From Buchnera aphidicola (Neophyllaphis podocarpi) (GTDB lineage: Bacteria; Pseudomonadota; Gammaproteobacteria; Enterobacterales; Enterobacteriaceae): a stretch of DNA of 32,000 nt. The translations under genes and the position numbers were made by a program. The notes below the pieces were generated by a model, which had not been told where the DNA came from, did no database searches, and was given only the letters and a program-made list of their open reading frames with translations. Below, in pieces: positions 12,730 to 21,842 of this stretch; within the stretch, counting starts at the first letter, position 1; each line of letters starts with the position of its first letter. Where the stretch lies: assembly GCF_964059055.1 (NCBI RefSeq), contig NZ_OZ060386.1, forward strand, positions 480,001 through 512,000. Direction: 5' to 3'.

Positions 12730-12850
12730 TATATTCCTTTTATTATTTATTAAACATTTAAAACAATTAAAAAACTATTTATCAAGAGCATAACTAGTAG
12801 AACAACTATAAAACTTTTTATAGTTAATAAATTCGCAAAATTATATTTTA

Positions 12851-13321
12851 TTACCAGCGATAATGAGCGAAAGCCTTATTAGCTTCTGCCATTTTATGAA
12901 TTTCTTCACGTTTTTTAACAGCTGCACCTTTATTGCTTAAAGCGTCAAATAATTCACCAGTAAGACGCAAAGACATAGACTTATCAGAACGTTTTCTCGC
13001 AGCATTAATAATCCATCTCATAGCCAAAGCATTACGTCTAATTGGACGTACTTCAACAGGAACTTGATATGTGGATCCTCCAACTCTTCTTGATTTTACT
13101 TCAACTGTTGGTTTAACATTATCTAGAGACATCTCAAAAGCAACAATTTCAGATTTTTTAGAAAGTTTAGATAATTGAAATAATGAAGAATATACTATTT
13201 CTTCAGCTATAGATTTTTTACCATCAATCATTAATATATTAATAAACTTAGCTAACAATTCTGATCCAAATTTAGGATCTGGTAATATTTTTCTATTACC
13301 AATAACTTTACGACGAGGCAT
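12851..13321 (-). CDS. rpsG: 30S ribosomal protein S7
   Basis: From [31 protein letters not shown] the ORF is 156 aa and ends [10 protein letters not shown], like E. coli S7. The start is trimmed to the ATG at 13319-13321. Confidence 0.96.
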   Translation of the reverse strand: MPRRKVIGNRKILPDPKFGSELLAKFINILMIDGKKSIAEEIVYSSLFQLSKLSKKSEIVAFEMSLDNVKPTVEVKSRRVGGSTYQVPVEVRPIRRNALAMRWIINAARKRSDKSMSLRLTGELFDALSNKGAAVKKREEIHKMAEANKAFAHYRW

Positions 13322-13374
13322 ACCCTTATTCCTATAATTTAGAGCTTCAATTAAATATAATTTCAAATTTAAAT

Positions 13375-13749
13375 TTATGTTTTTTTATTTTTAACACCAT
13401 ATTTAGATCTAGATTTTTTTCTATTTTTTACTCCAGCACAATCTAATGATCCTCTAATTACATGATATCTAACTCCAGGCAAATCTTTTACTCTACCACC
13501 ACGAATTAAAACAACTGAATGTTCTTGAAGATTATGTCCTTCACCCCCAATATAAGCAGTAACTTCAAAACCATTAGTCAATCTAACTCTACAAACTTTA
13601 CGTAATGCTGAATTGGGTTTTTTTGGAGTTGTTGTATATACTCTGGTACATACACCTCTTTTTTGAGGACAATTATTCAAAGCAGGAACATTGCTTTTAA
13701 AAACTTTATTGATTCTAGGTTTACGAACTAACTGATTAACTGTAGACAT
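13375..13749 (-). CDS. rpsL: 30S ribosomal protein S12
   Basis: The 124-aa ORF reads [12 protein letters not shown]...[57 protein letters not shown], as in E. coli S12. Confidence 0.98.
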   Translation of the reverse strand: MSTVNQLVRKPRINKVFKSNVPALNNCPQKRGVCTRVYTTTPKKPNSALRKVCRVRLTNGFEVTAYIGGEGHNLQEHSVVLIRGGRVKDLPGVRYHVIRGSLDCAGVKNRKKSRSKYGVKNKKT

Positions 13750-14924
13750 TATATTCCCTTAGTTTTATCTATCATATTTTTATATTTTTATAATTTAATT
13801 TTATTGTAATAAAATTATAATAGAAAATAAGCAAAGTAAAAATTTTAGATTACCAAAAATGATTTATATACTTATAATATAATTTTATGAATAAATATTA
13901 TTACAAAATAATTTAAGATCTGTTTTTAATTGTTAAAGAAACAAATAATTTATAACAAACTAATTTAAATTTGCTAGAAATATAATATAAAATACATATT
14001 TATTATAAATATTATTTAAAATATAAAAATTAAAAACTTAAAATGATTTGGTTTAAAAATATTTTTTAAAGAAATAATAATATAATCTTATATCAATAAT
14101 AAATTTATTATTTTTTACATACAAAATAAAATAATAGTTAAGTATCATTAATAGAAAGAGATTTCGTAAAATATTTTACATAAAATTCCAAAATTAAAAA
14201 ATAATAATATGATTGGAATTATGCATATTTTTCAATAATTTTATATTTAATATTTGTAAATAAAAACATTTTATAAAGATATATTTATTTTATAATTAAA
14301 ATATTTTTTATTTAAAATTTGTTTCAAATTAAATTTTTTAATTTATCAAAAAGTTAATACTTTAAAAAAAACACAATTACAAAAAAATTTTTTTTGAGTT
14401 ATAATTTTTGAATCAAATGAATAATACTACCATAATAAAAAAAGATGAATCAGATCTTATATTGAATAATACCATTATAAAATATATACTTTCTTTATTT
14501 TTCTATTGAGACATAAAACAAATTAGAAAATAATAGCTAAAAATTTTATAAATTATTAAAGTATTTATCAGAGAAACTTTTATGAATAATACATATTTTA
14601 ATCGAAGATGCAATATATATATTAAGTTTAAATTTAAATTTAATATGTAACTTTTTTATTAATTTATTAAATTAAAATGAATAAAATTTCTAAAAAATTT
14701 TACTAATATTAAAATTCAATAAAAAAACAAAAAATAATAAAAAATATAAATTAATAAAAAAAATAAATCTTTAAAAAACAATAATGAACTATTAGAATCT
14801 TAAACACTATATAGCAAACCAATAATAATTAACTTATATTTCATTGCAAAAATTTAAAAATATAAAATAATTTATTAAATTCTTTTTAATGATATTTATT
14901 TTATAATCTAAATGTTTTAAAATA
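13750..14924. other. ORF-free, extremely AT-rich 1.2-kb spacer. It probably contains the rpsL promoter and fully eroded remains of former genes.
   Basis: No ORF of 60 aa or more appears on either strand in the supplied track. By eye there are almost no G/C-containing runs and no tRNA-like or structured GC islands. It lies between rpsL and fkpA, where E. coli carries tusB-tusC-tusD-yheO. Confidence 0.6.
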
Positions 14925-15653
14925 CTATTTTATATTTAATAACTCTACATCAAATATCAATGTTGAATTTATTGGAATACCTGGTAATATATTTTTCCCA
15001 TAAGCAAGAGTTGGCGGTATGACTAATTTGATTATACCTCCTTTTTTAATTAATTTTATACCTTCTTGTAAACCATTAATTAAGTTTTTTAATAAAAAAT
15101 GTGCTGAATAGTCTTTTCTATAATAAGAACTATCAAATACAGATTTATCTATTAAAGTACCTATATATTTGATATATATTACTGAACTATCTATTGCAAA
15201 ATTTCCTTTTCCTATTTTTTTTATTAAATAAGCTAAACCGCTTTTAGTTTTTTTAACACCTTCTTTTTTACAAAATTTATTTATATAATTTTGGCCTCTA
15301 AAAAAATTATCTCTAGATTCTTCCTCTAAAACAACTTTATTAGCCTGTTTAAGTTTATTATCTAATAATAATAAAGAATGCGATATTTCTGAATCAGATA
15401 ATTTAACTTTATCAATAATAGAATCTTCTAATCCTAAAATTAAGTTTTTTTTATTCAAAAAAATACCCATTTTTTCTTGATCTTCAAAAAAATTTTTTAT
15501 ATAACGACCAAAAAAAACCCCTAATGAATAATCAGAAAAATATTTTTTTTTTAAATAAAAATTATCATCTTTTAAATTAACACCAAAAGATGATAAACAA
15601 AATATTCTTAAATAAATTAATATGATTATAATTACATAAAATGTAAATTTCAT
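14925..15653 (-). CDS. fkpA: FKBP-type peptidyl-prolyl cis-trans isomerase (periplasmic)
   Basis: The 242-aa ORF has a hydrophobic N-terminal signal-like segment. Its C-terminal FKBP domain is colinear with E. coli FkpA (GVKKTKSGLAYL, YIGTLIDKSVFDSSY, IKKGGIIKLVIPPTLAYGK...GIPxNSTLIFDVELL). Confidence 0.93.
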   Translation of the reverse strand: MKFTFYVIIIILIYLRIFCLSSFGVNLKDDNFYLKKKYFSDYSLGVFFGRYIKNFFEDQEKMGIFLNKKNLILGLEDSIIDKVKLSDSEISHSLLLLDNKLKQANKVVLEEESRDNFFRGQNYINKFCKKEGVKKTKSGLAYLIKKIGKGNFAIDSSVIYIKYIGTLIDKSVFDSSYYRKDYSAHFLLKNLINGLQEGIKLIKKGGIIKLVIPPTLAYGKNILPGIPINSTLIFDVELLNIK

Positions 15654-15983
15654 CTATTCTCCAGATAAAAATTTTATACAAGTAAAAAATTTTAACAAAT
15701 TAAAGTAATTATTGTTGGTCTATTCATATATAATTGATTTATTGAAATATAATTATTTTAAAATAAATTAATAAAAAATATGTTAATTATTATAAAAAAT
15801 TTTATATTAAAAGTATAATATAAAAAATTTTAATACAATTTAACAAAAAATAATAGCTAATTATGATTTTTACCAAATTTATTTTTATAAATAAAATATT
15901 AAAGATAATTTAAATTAAGAAAATCTTTATTAAGATAAATTTAAAAACTTAATTAATAAACATTTATTAAAAAGAGAAAGATA

Positions 15984-17156
15984 ATGAAAAACTATAACCG
16001 TATTGGTCTCACTTGGATTGGTTACTTTTCTTATGCATTAGCAGGAGCTCTAGTTGTCGTCACAGGTATGGTTATGGAAACAATAGCTAAAAATTTTAAT
16101 TTATCAATTATAAAAACAAGCAATATATTTACTTTTCTAAATGCAGGAATACTAGTTTCTATTTTAGTTAATAACTATTTAATAAAAATTATATCTATCA
16201 AAAAACAAATAATATATGGTTTTTTTTTAGTAATAATATCATTATTTTTAATAATTAAATTTAATAATATTTTTTTATTTTCATTAAGTATATTTATACT
16301 AGGTATAGTTAGCGGAATGACAATGTCAATTAGTACATATTTAATAACTTATTTATATGATGAAAAAAAAAGAGTATCAATATTATTGATAAGTGATTCA
16401 TTTTTTAGTATGTCGGGAATTTTATTTCCTTTTATTACAAGTTTATTATTATCAAATAAAATTTGCTGGTCATGGATATATGTAATAATAGAAATTATAT
16501 ATTTAGTTATTTTTTTAATTTCAATAACAATTAATTTTCCTAAAATAAATAAAATTAATAAAAAAAAATCATCAAATATTAACATATTTAATATAGAAGT
16601 TATAATATTATCATTATCAGCATTATTATATATTTTAGGTCAATTAAGTCTTGTTTCATGGATTCCAGAATATGCAATTAAATCATTAAAAATAGATATT
16701 AGTATAGCAGGAAAGTTAATAAGCAATTTTTGGACATTTTACATGATTGGTATGTGGTGTTTTAGTGCAATAATTAGATTTTTTGATTTAAAAAAAATTA
16801 TAATAATATTAACAGGAATTTCTGCAATATTAACTTTTATTATTACAAAAACTATGAATATAACAATATTTAAATATGCAATAACTGCTTTAGGGTTTTT
16901 CTCAAGCTCTATATATACTATAATAATAACATTAGGTTCAATGCAAACTAAAATATCATCCCCTAAAATTATTAATATAATATTAACATCAGGAACATTT
17001 GGTACTTTATTAACTTTTATTATTACGGGTCCTATTGTAGATATCAAGGGAATCAACATATCTTTAAGTATTTCTAATATATTATATACGTTTGTATTTA
17101 TTTTATATATAATATACTTTTTGTATAAAAATCAAAAAAAAAATACTAATAACTAA
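15984..17156 (+). CDS. tsgA: MFS-family membrane protein TsgA homologue
   Basis: The 390-aa polytopic ORF is colinear with E. coli TsgA (NRIxLTWIxxxSYALxGALVxVTGMVM, FTFLNAGIL, DSFFSMxGxxFP, YILGQLxxxSWxPEYA, LGFFSSxIYTxIITLGSxQTKxxSPK). Confidence 0.9.
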   Translation: MKNYNRIGLTWIGYFSYALAGALVVVTGMVMETIAKNFNLSIIKTSNIFTFLNAGILVSILVNNYLIKIISIKKQIIYGFFLVIISLFLIIKFNNIFLFSLSIFILGIVSGMTMSISTYLITYLYDEKKRVSILLISDSFFSMSGILFPFITSLLLSNKICWSWIYVIIEIIYLVIFLISITINFPKINKINKKKSSNINIFNIEVIILSLSALLYILGQLSLVSWIPEYAIKSLKIDISIAGKLISNFWTFYMIGMWCFSAIIRFFDLKKIIIILTGISAILTFIITKTMNITIFKYAITALGFFSSSIYTIIITLGSMQTKISSPKIINIILTSGTFGTLLTFIITGPIVDIKGINISLSISNILYTFVFILYIIYFLYKNQKKNTNN

Positions 17157-18148
17157 TTAATTGCATTAAAAACTTTAATTAAGGTTTTTTTAGCAATAAT
17201 TTTAGCTGCATTAGCGCCACTATTAATTATTTTTTTTAAATACTTTTCATTTCTGCGATAGAAATAAAATTTCTTTTGTAATTTATTTATTTTTGAAGTA
17301 ATTGCATTAATAAGTGATTTTTTAAAATAACAATAAGACTTGCCTTTAAAAATATTTTCTAAATAATTTATTTCTTTATCTGTTATACAAGAAAAAATTT
17401 CTAATAAATTTGAAATTCCAGGTTTAATAATTGGATTATATATAATTCTAGGAGGAAAATCCGAATCAGTAACAGCTTTATGTATTTTATTATGAATTAT
17501 TTTTATATCATCTAATAAGAAAATAACATTATTAACATTATTATCAGATTTTGACATTTTTTTATTAGGATTTAGTAAAGACATAATTCTAGAACCGCAA
17601 TTAGGTATTAAAAAATTAGGAATAGTAAAAACTTTACCATATATTTTATTGAATCTTTTTGCTATTCTTGAAACTAATTCTAAATGTTGTATTTGATCCT
17701 CTCCTATAGGTACAATATTAGATTGATATAATAAAATATCAGATGCCATTAAAATAGGATAGTTTAATAAACCAGCATTAATATTACTACTATTTTGCAT
17801 AGATTTATTTTTAAATTGAGTCATACGCATAAGTTCACCAAAATATGTATAACAATTTAATATCCATTGAAGTTCAGTGTGCTCTTTAACATAAGATTGA
17901 ACAAAAATAATGCTTTTATTAGGATCTATTCCGCAAGATAAATATAATGCCAAAGTATCAAATACTCTATTTTGTAAACTGCTAGAATAATTTCTAATAG
18001 TCATAGAATGCAAATCAGATATACAATATATACAATTATAACTATTTTGCATAGAAGACCATTTTGATAATGAACCTATATAATTTCCTAAAGTTAACTG
18101 ACTAGTAGGTTGTATACTACTAAATACAGTTTTTTTAAAGGAGTCCAT
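17153..18148 (-). CDS. trpS: Tryptophan--tRNA ligase
   Basis: The 331-aa ORF is colinear with E. coli TrpS (QPxxxLTxGNYxG, NCYTYFGELxRMTQFK, PxGEDQxQHLEL, KMSKSD). Its stop overlaps the tsgA stop. Confidence 0.97.
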   Translation of the reverse strand: MDSFKKTVFSSIQPTSQLTLGNYIGSLSKWSSMQNSYNCIYCISDLHSMTIRNYSSSLQNRVFDTLALYLSCGIDPNKSIIFVQSYVKEHTELQWILNCYTYFGELMRMTQFKNKSMQNSSNINAGLLNYPILMASDILLYQSNIVPIGEDQIQHLELVSRIAKRFNKIYGKVFTIPNFLIPNCGSRIMSLLNPNKKMSKSDNNVNNVIFLLDDIKIIHNKIHKAVTDSDFPPRIIYNPIIKPGISNLLEIFSCITDKEINYLENIFKGKSYCYFKKSLINAITSKINKLQKKFYFYRRNEKYLKKIINSGANAAKIIAKKTLIKVFNAIN

Positions 18149-18216
18149 ATAAAATTAATTCCTTAAAATTTAAGAATATTACTAACATAAATAAAATAAT
18201 TAATAACAAAAGATAT

Positions 18217-18903
18217 TTAATGGAAGGATTTAGAATTTAATTTATTTAATTTTAATCTGAATTTTTGTATTATATTTTTATAATTATCACAAGAAAAAAT
18301 AGCCGAACCAATTATAAACATATCAGCTCCAGAAAATGCAATATCATATATATTATTCAATTTAATACCACCATCAACAGCTAAAATAATATTTTTTTTA
18401 TTGATATTAAGTATATTTTTTACTTGTTTAATTTTATCTAACATTTTTAAAATAAAATCTTGATTAGATAAACCTGGGTTAACAGACATTATTAAAACTA
18501 AATCTAACTTGTCTAGAATATAATCTAAATAATTCAAAGATGTAGATGGATTAAATACTAATCCTGATTTACAACCATATCTTTTAATTAAATTTAATGT
18601 TTTATCTATATGATCAGTAGACTCTGGATGAAAAGTAATAAAATTGGCTCCTGCTTTTGCAAACATGGGAATAAGATTATCTACAGGTTTAGTCATTAAA
18701 TGAACATCTATAGGAACATTAATGTTATTATCGCGTAAAGATTTTAAAACCATAGGACCTAAAGTTATACTAGGCACATAATGATTATCCATAACATCAA
18801 AGTGAATAAGATCTCCACCTGCAGAAATAACTTTTAAAATTTCATCGCCTAGTTTAGCAAAATTAGCTGACAAAATTGATGGTGCTATTAAAAATTTTCT
18901 CAT
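18217..18903 (-). CDS. rpe: Ribulose-phosphate 3-epimerase
   Basis: The 228-aa ORF reads LIAPSILSAxFAxLG...HFDVMDNHYVPxxTxGPMVLKSLR...MSVNPG...VDGGxKxNN, as in E. coli Rpe. Confidence 0.97.
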   Translation of the reverse strand: MRKFLIAPSILSANFAKLGDEILKVISAGGDLIHFDVMDNHYVPSITLGPMVLKSLRDNNINVPIDVHLMTKPVDNLIPMFAKAGANFITFHPESTDHIDKTLNLIKRYGCKSGLVFNPSTSLNYLDYILDKLDLVLIMSVNPGLSNQDFILKMLDKIKQVKNILNINKKNIILAVDGGIKLNNIYDIAFSGADMFIIGSAIFSCDNYKNIIQKFRLKLNKLNSKSFH

Positions 18904-19029
18904 TTATAAAACCTAAAAATATTAAAATTAATATTGTATAATAAGTAACTTCTATAAAATGAACTTATAATTAAATACCAAACTATTTTAAATATAATCT
19001 AAAATTTAATAATTGAATAATATAAAAAA

Positions 19030-20133
19030 CTATTTAATAAAATAATTTTGGCATTTTTGTATAGACAAACATATAGTATTAATAGAAACAAAATCATTAA
19101 TAATAGCTTTTCCAATAGATACAGGTATAACTAGTCTAATTTTGTTAGAAACTATTTTTTTATCCCTTTTCATAATATTAATATAATTAGATTCATTCAT
19201 ACTGCTAGGTCCTTTAACAGGTAATCCAGTTTTTAATAATAAATTTAGAATACGTAAGGTATCATTATGTTTTAAAAATCCTAATAATTCGGATGCAAAT
19301 GATGCCATAGCAATTCCTACAGAAACAGCTTCTCCATGCAACCAAGAACTATACTTTGTATAACTTTCGATAGCATGCCCATAAGTATGACCTAAATTTA
19401 ATAATGATCTAGAATCAGTATCACGTTCATCAATCTCAACAATTTTAGATTTTAATTCACAACATTTATTAATACAATATAAAATAGATTTTTTATCTAA
19501 AGATATAAGATTATCAATATTTTTTTCTAACCATAAAAAAAATAATTTATCAAATATTATAGCATATTTAATTACTTCGGCTAAACCAGATATTAATTGT
19601 TTTAATGGTAATGTTACAAGAAAATCTATATCTATAATTACTGAAGAAGGATGCCAAAAGGAACCAATCATATTTTTACCTAAAACATGATTAACTCCAG
19701 TTTTACCTCCAATAGAAGCATCTACCTGAGATAATAAAGTTGTAGGTACTTGAATAAATTTAATTCCTCTTTGATATATAGAAGCAACAAAACCAGTTAA
19801 ATCACCAATTACTCCTCCACCTAATGCAATTAATAAAGTATTATTTCTATTATAACATTTAGTTATCAATTGAGTTATAATATACTCGGCTTGAATAAAT
19901 GTTTTGCTATTTTCCCCATCTGGAATTATTAAAATATCTAAATTTATATCATATTTGCTAAATAAGCTAATTTTTTTTTCTGACAAAATTTTATGTAAAA
20001 CATTATTAGTTATTAAAACAACTTTTTCTTTCTTTTTAAAAATTGAAAAAGTATATTTATCTTCTATTAAACCACCAGATGAAATCATGATAGAATAACT
20101 AAAATTTTTTAAATTAATATCTATCTTTTTCAT
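19030..20133 (-). CDS. aroB: 3-dehydroquinate synthase
   Basis: The ORF is colinear with E. coli AroB (LGGGVxGDLTGFxAxxYQRGxxFIQVPTTLLSQVDxSxGGKTxVNHxLGKNMIG, LNLGHTxGHAIE, WLHGEAV). The start is set at the ATG at 20131-20133 (MKKIDINL...). The ORF-track start at 20148 is a TTG five codons upstream. Confidence 0.95.
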   Translation of the reverse strand: MKKIDINLKNFSYSIMISSGGLIEDKYTFSIFKKKEKVVLITNNVLHKILSEKKISLFSKYDINLDILIIPDGENSKTFIQAEYIITQLITKCYNRNNTLLIALGGGVIGDLTGFVASIYQRGIKFIQVPTTLLSQVDASIGGKTGVNHVLGKNMIGSFWHPSSVIIDIDFLVTLPLKQLISGLAEVIKYAIIFDKLFFLWLEKNIDNLISLDKKSILYCINKCCELKSKIVEIDERDTDSRSLLNLGHTYGHAIESYTKYSSWLHGEAVSVGIAMASFASELLGFLKHNDTLRILNLLLKTGLPVKGPSSMNESNYINIMKRDKKIVSNKIRLVIPVSIGKAIINDFVSINTICLSIQKCQNYFIK

Positions 20134-20170
20134 TAAAATATACACCAACTGAATAATTTTTATATAAATT

Positions 20171-20695
20171 TTAATTATTTTTTTCTAATAAATTTATAAT
20201 TTTTATAGCGACAATTTTAGCGCTATGTTCATCAGTACGAAATGTAAAGTCAGCTATTTCTTTATATAAAGGATCACGTTCTGAGGATAAAGATCTTAAA
20301 ACATCGATAGCTGGAACATTGACTTGTAATAAAGGTCTTTTCTTATCTCGTTGAGTTCTATGTAATTGTTTTTCAATAGTTGTACATAGATATATAACTA
20401 AACCTCGAGAAGAAAGTCTATTTCGGGTAAGTTTAGATATCACAGAACCACCACCTGTAGCAAGAATAATACCGTTTAATTTAGTAAGCTCATTAATTAT
20501 ACGTTCTTCTCTAGCACGAAACCCTGATTCTCCTTCTAAATCGAAAACCCAGCTTATATCTGCTCCAGTACGTTTTTCAATTTCTTGATCAGAATCATAA
20601 AATTCCATATTTAACTGTTGAGATAACTGACGACCTATAGTACTTTTACCAGCACCCATAGGTCCTATTAAAAAAATATTACGTTTATCTGCCAT
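20171..20695 (-). CDS. aroK: Shikimate kinase I
   Basis: The 174-aa ORF reads [47 protein letters not shown], nearly identical to the E. coli AroK N-terminus, and is colinear to the end. Confidence 0.98.
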   Translation of the reverse strand: MADKRNIFLIGPMGAGKSTIGRQLSQQLNMEFYDSDQEIEKRTGADISWVFDLEGESGFRAREERIINELTKLNGIILATGGGSVISKLTRNRLSSRGLVIYLCTTIEKQLHRTQRDKKRPLLQVNVPAIDVLRSLSSERDPLYKEIADFTFRTDEHSAKIVAIKIINLLEKNN

Positions 20696-20965
20696 CTTTT
20701 AAATTACTAATTCAAAATTATTTAAAAAAATAACAACACTTATTAAATGAAAAATATTAAGTAGTTGAAGAGAATAAAAAATAAGATAAATCTTATTTGT
20801 ACTATTAATAAAAATTATTAATATCTAATAAAAGACTACTAATTTTAGAAAGAAAAATCAAGTATTATATAATTAATATTTGTTAATTATTAAAAATACT
20901 TGATTAATTTAAATTTAATCATTATAGTTATTAACTATTTTTAAATTTATATATAATATCAAAAA

Positions 20966-21050
20966 GGTGAGATGTCTGAGAGGCTTAAAGAGTACGCTTG
21001 GAAAGCGTATGTATGGAAACGTACCGAGGGTTCGAATCCCTCTCTCACCA
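20966..21050 (+). tRNA. tRNA-Ser (anticodon GGA), class II; 3' CCA not encoded
   Basis: Folded by hand. The acceptor ggtgaga pairs with tctcacc. The D stem is 3 bp (tct/aga). The anticodon stem tacgc/gcgta carries the loop ttGGAaa. The long variable arm is gtatg-gaaa-cgtac. The T arm is gaggg-ttcgaat-ccctc. It is very similar to E. coli tRNA-Ser(GGA). After discriminator A21050 the sequence is tat, not cca. Confidence 0.93.
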
Positions 21051-21095
21051 TATATTATAAAATAATTAAGAAAAATTTATTTTAACTAAAATAAC

Positions 21096-21806
21096 TCAAA
21101 ACAATAAAATTGATTCTAAAGCTAAATTGATCATTTTATTTAGTTTACTTTCTCTATCTATATAGTTTAAACTTTTAGACGTATTAATAATATCAGAGAC
21201 TGTACAAACAGAAATAGCTTGAACGTTTAATTCGGATGCAATACTATAAATTCCAGCTGTTTCCATATCAATACCAAGTATATTATAATTCTTAATTAAT
21301 TTAAAAAGGATAGGATCAATAGTATAAAAAAAATCTGTAGAAAATAAATTTCCTATATGAACTTTATAATTTAATTTTTTAGATGTTTCAAAAAATTTAT
21401 TAAGCATATCAAAATCAGCTATAGCAGCATAATCATAGTTGTTAAATCTTAATCTGTTAAATGAAGAATCTGTACAAGCACCCATACCAATAATTATATC
21501 TTTTAAATTTATACCTTTAATTATAGAACCACAAGTTCCTAATCTAATAATTTTTTTTACATTATAAAAAGTCAATAATTCTTTAATGTAAATAGCACTA
21601 GAAGGAATACCCATTCCATGACTCATAATAGAAACTTTAATATCCTTATACATACCAGTAAATCCTAACATAGAGCGCACATTACTAATTTCTACTACAT
21701 TTTTTAACCAATTAAAAGCAATATATTTGGTTCTAATTGGATCTCCTGTTAAAATAACAATATCAGAAAAATCTGTTTTATTAGCATTTATATGAGGTGT
21801 AATCAT
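21096..21806 (-). CDS. deoD: Purine nucleoside phosphorylase DeoD-type
   Basis: The 236-aa ORF reads MITPHINA...GDPxRxKYIA...MGHGMGIPSxxIYxKEL...GxGACTDS...MExAGIY...CTVSD, colinear with E. coli DeoD. Confidence 0.96.
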   Translation of the reverse strand: MITPHINANKTDFSDIVILTGDPIRTKYIAFNWLKNVVEISNVRSMLGFTGMYKDIKVSIMSHGMGIPSSAIYIKELLTFYNVKKIIRLGTCGSIIKGINLKDIIIGMGACTDSSFNRLRFNNYDYAAIADFDMLNKFFETSKKLNYKVHIGNLFSTDFFYTIDPILFKLIKNYNILGIDMETAGIYSIASELNVQAISVCTVSDIINTSKSLNYIDRESKLNKMINLALESILLF

Positions 21807-21842
21807 ATGTAATCCTTTAAATCATAAATAAAATTATTAAAA

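Noticed and set aside
12804-12825. 10-bp dyad aactataaaa/ttttatagtt in the 121-bp rpsG-fusA spacer
   Set aside because: It is almost pure A/T with only a 2-nt centre, so a stable hairpin is unlikely. Dyads of this kind are expected by chance at this composition. There is no known regulatory site at this position in the str operon.
14417-14509. 30-codon plus-strand ORF (MNNTTIIKKDESDLILNNTIIKYILSLFFY) in the rpsL-fkpA spacer
   Set aside because: It is too short, has no convincing Shine-Dalgarno, and shows no recognisable homology. It could be a chance ORF. It is kept only as something a tblastn or RNA-seq check of the spacer would cover.
16349-17059. Two minus-strand ORFs (16349-16585, 78 aa; 16739-17059, 106 aa) inside tsgA
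   Set aside because: They lie antisense to a membrane-protein gene whose plus-strand product aligns with E. coli TsgA over its full length. The translations are I/V/L/N-rich, as expected for the complement of hydrophobic AT-rich codons.
19904-20098. 64-aa plus-strand ORF inside aroB
   Set aside because: It is an antisense shadow ORF. The aroB frame is the conserved one.
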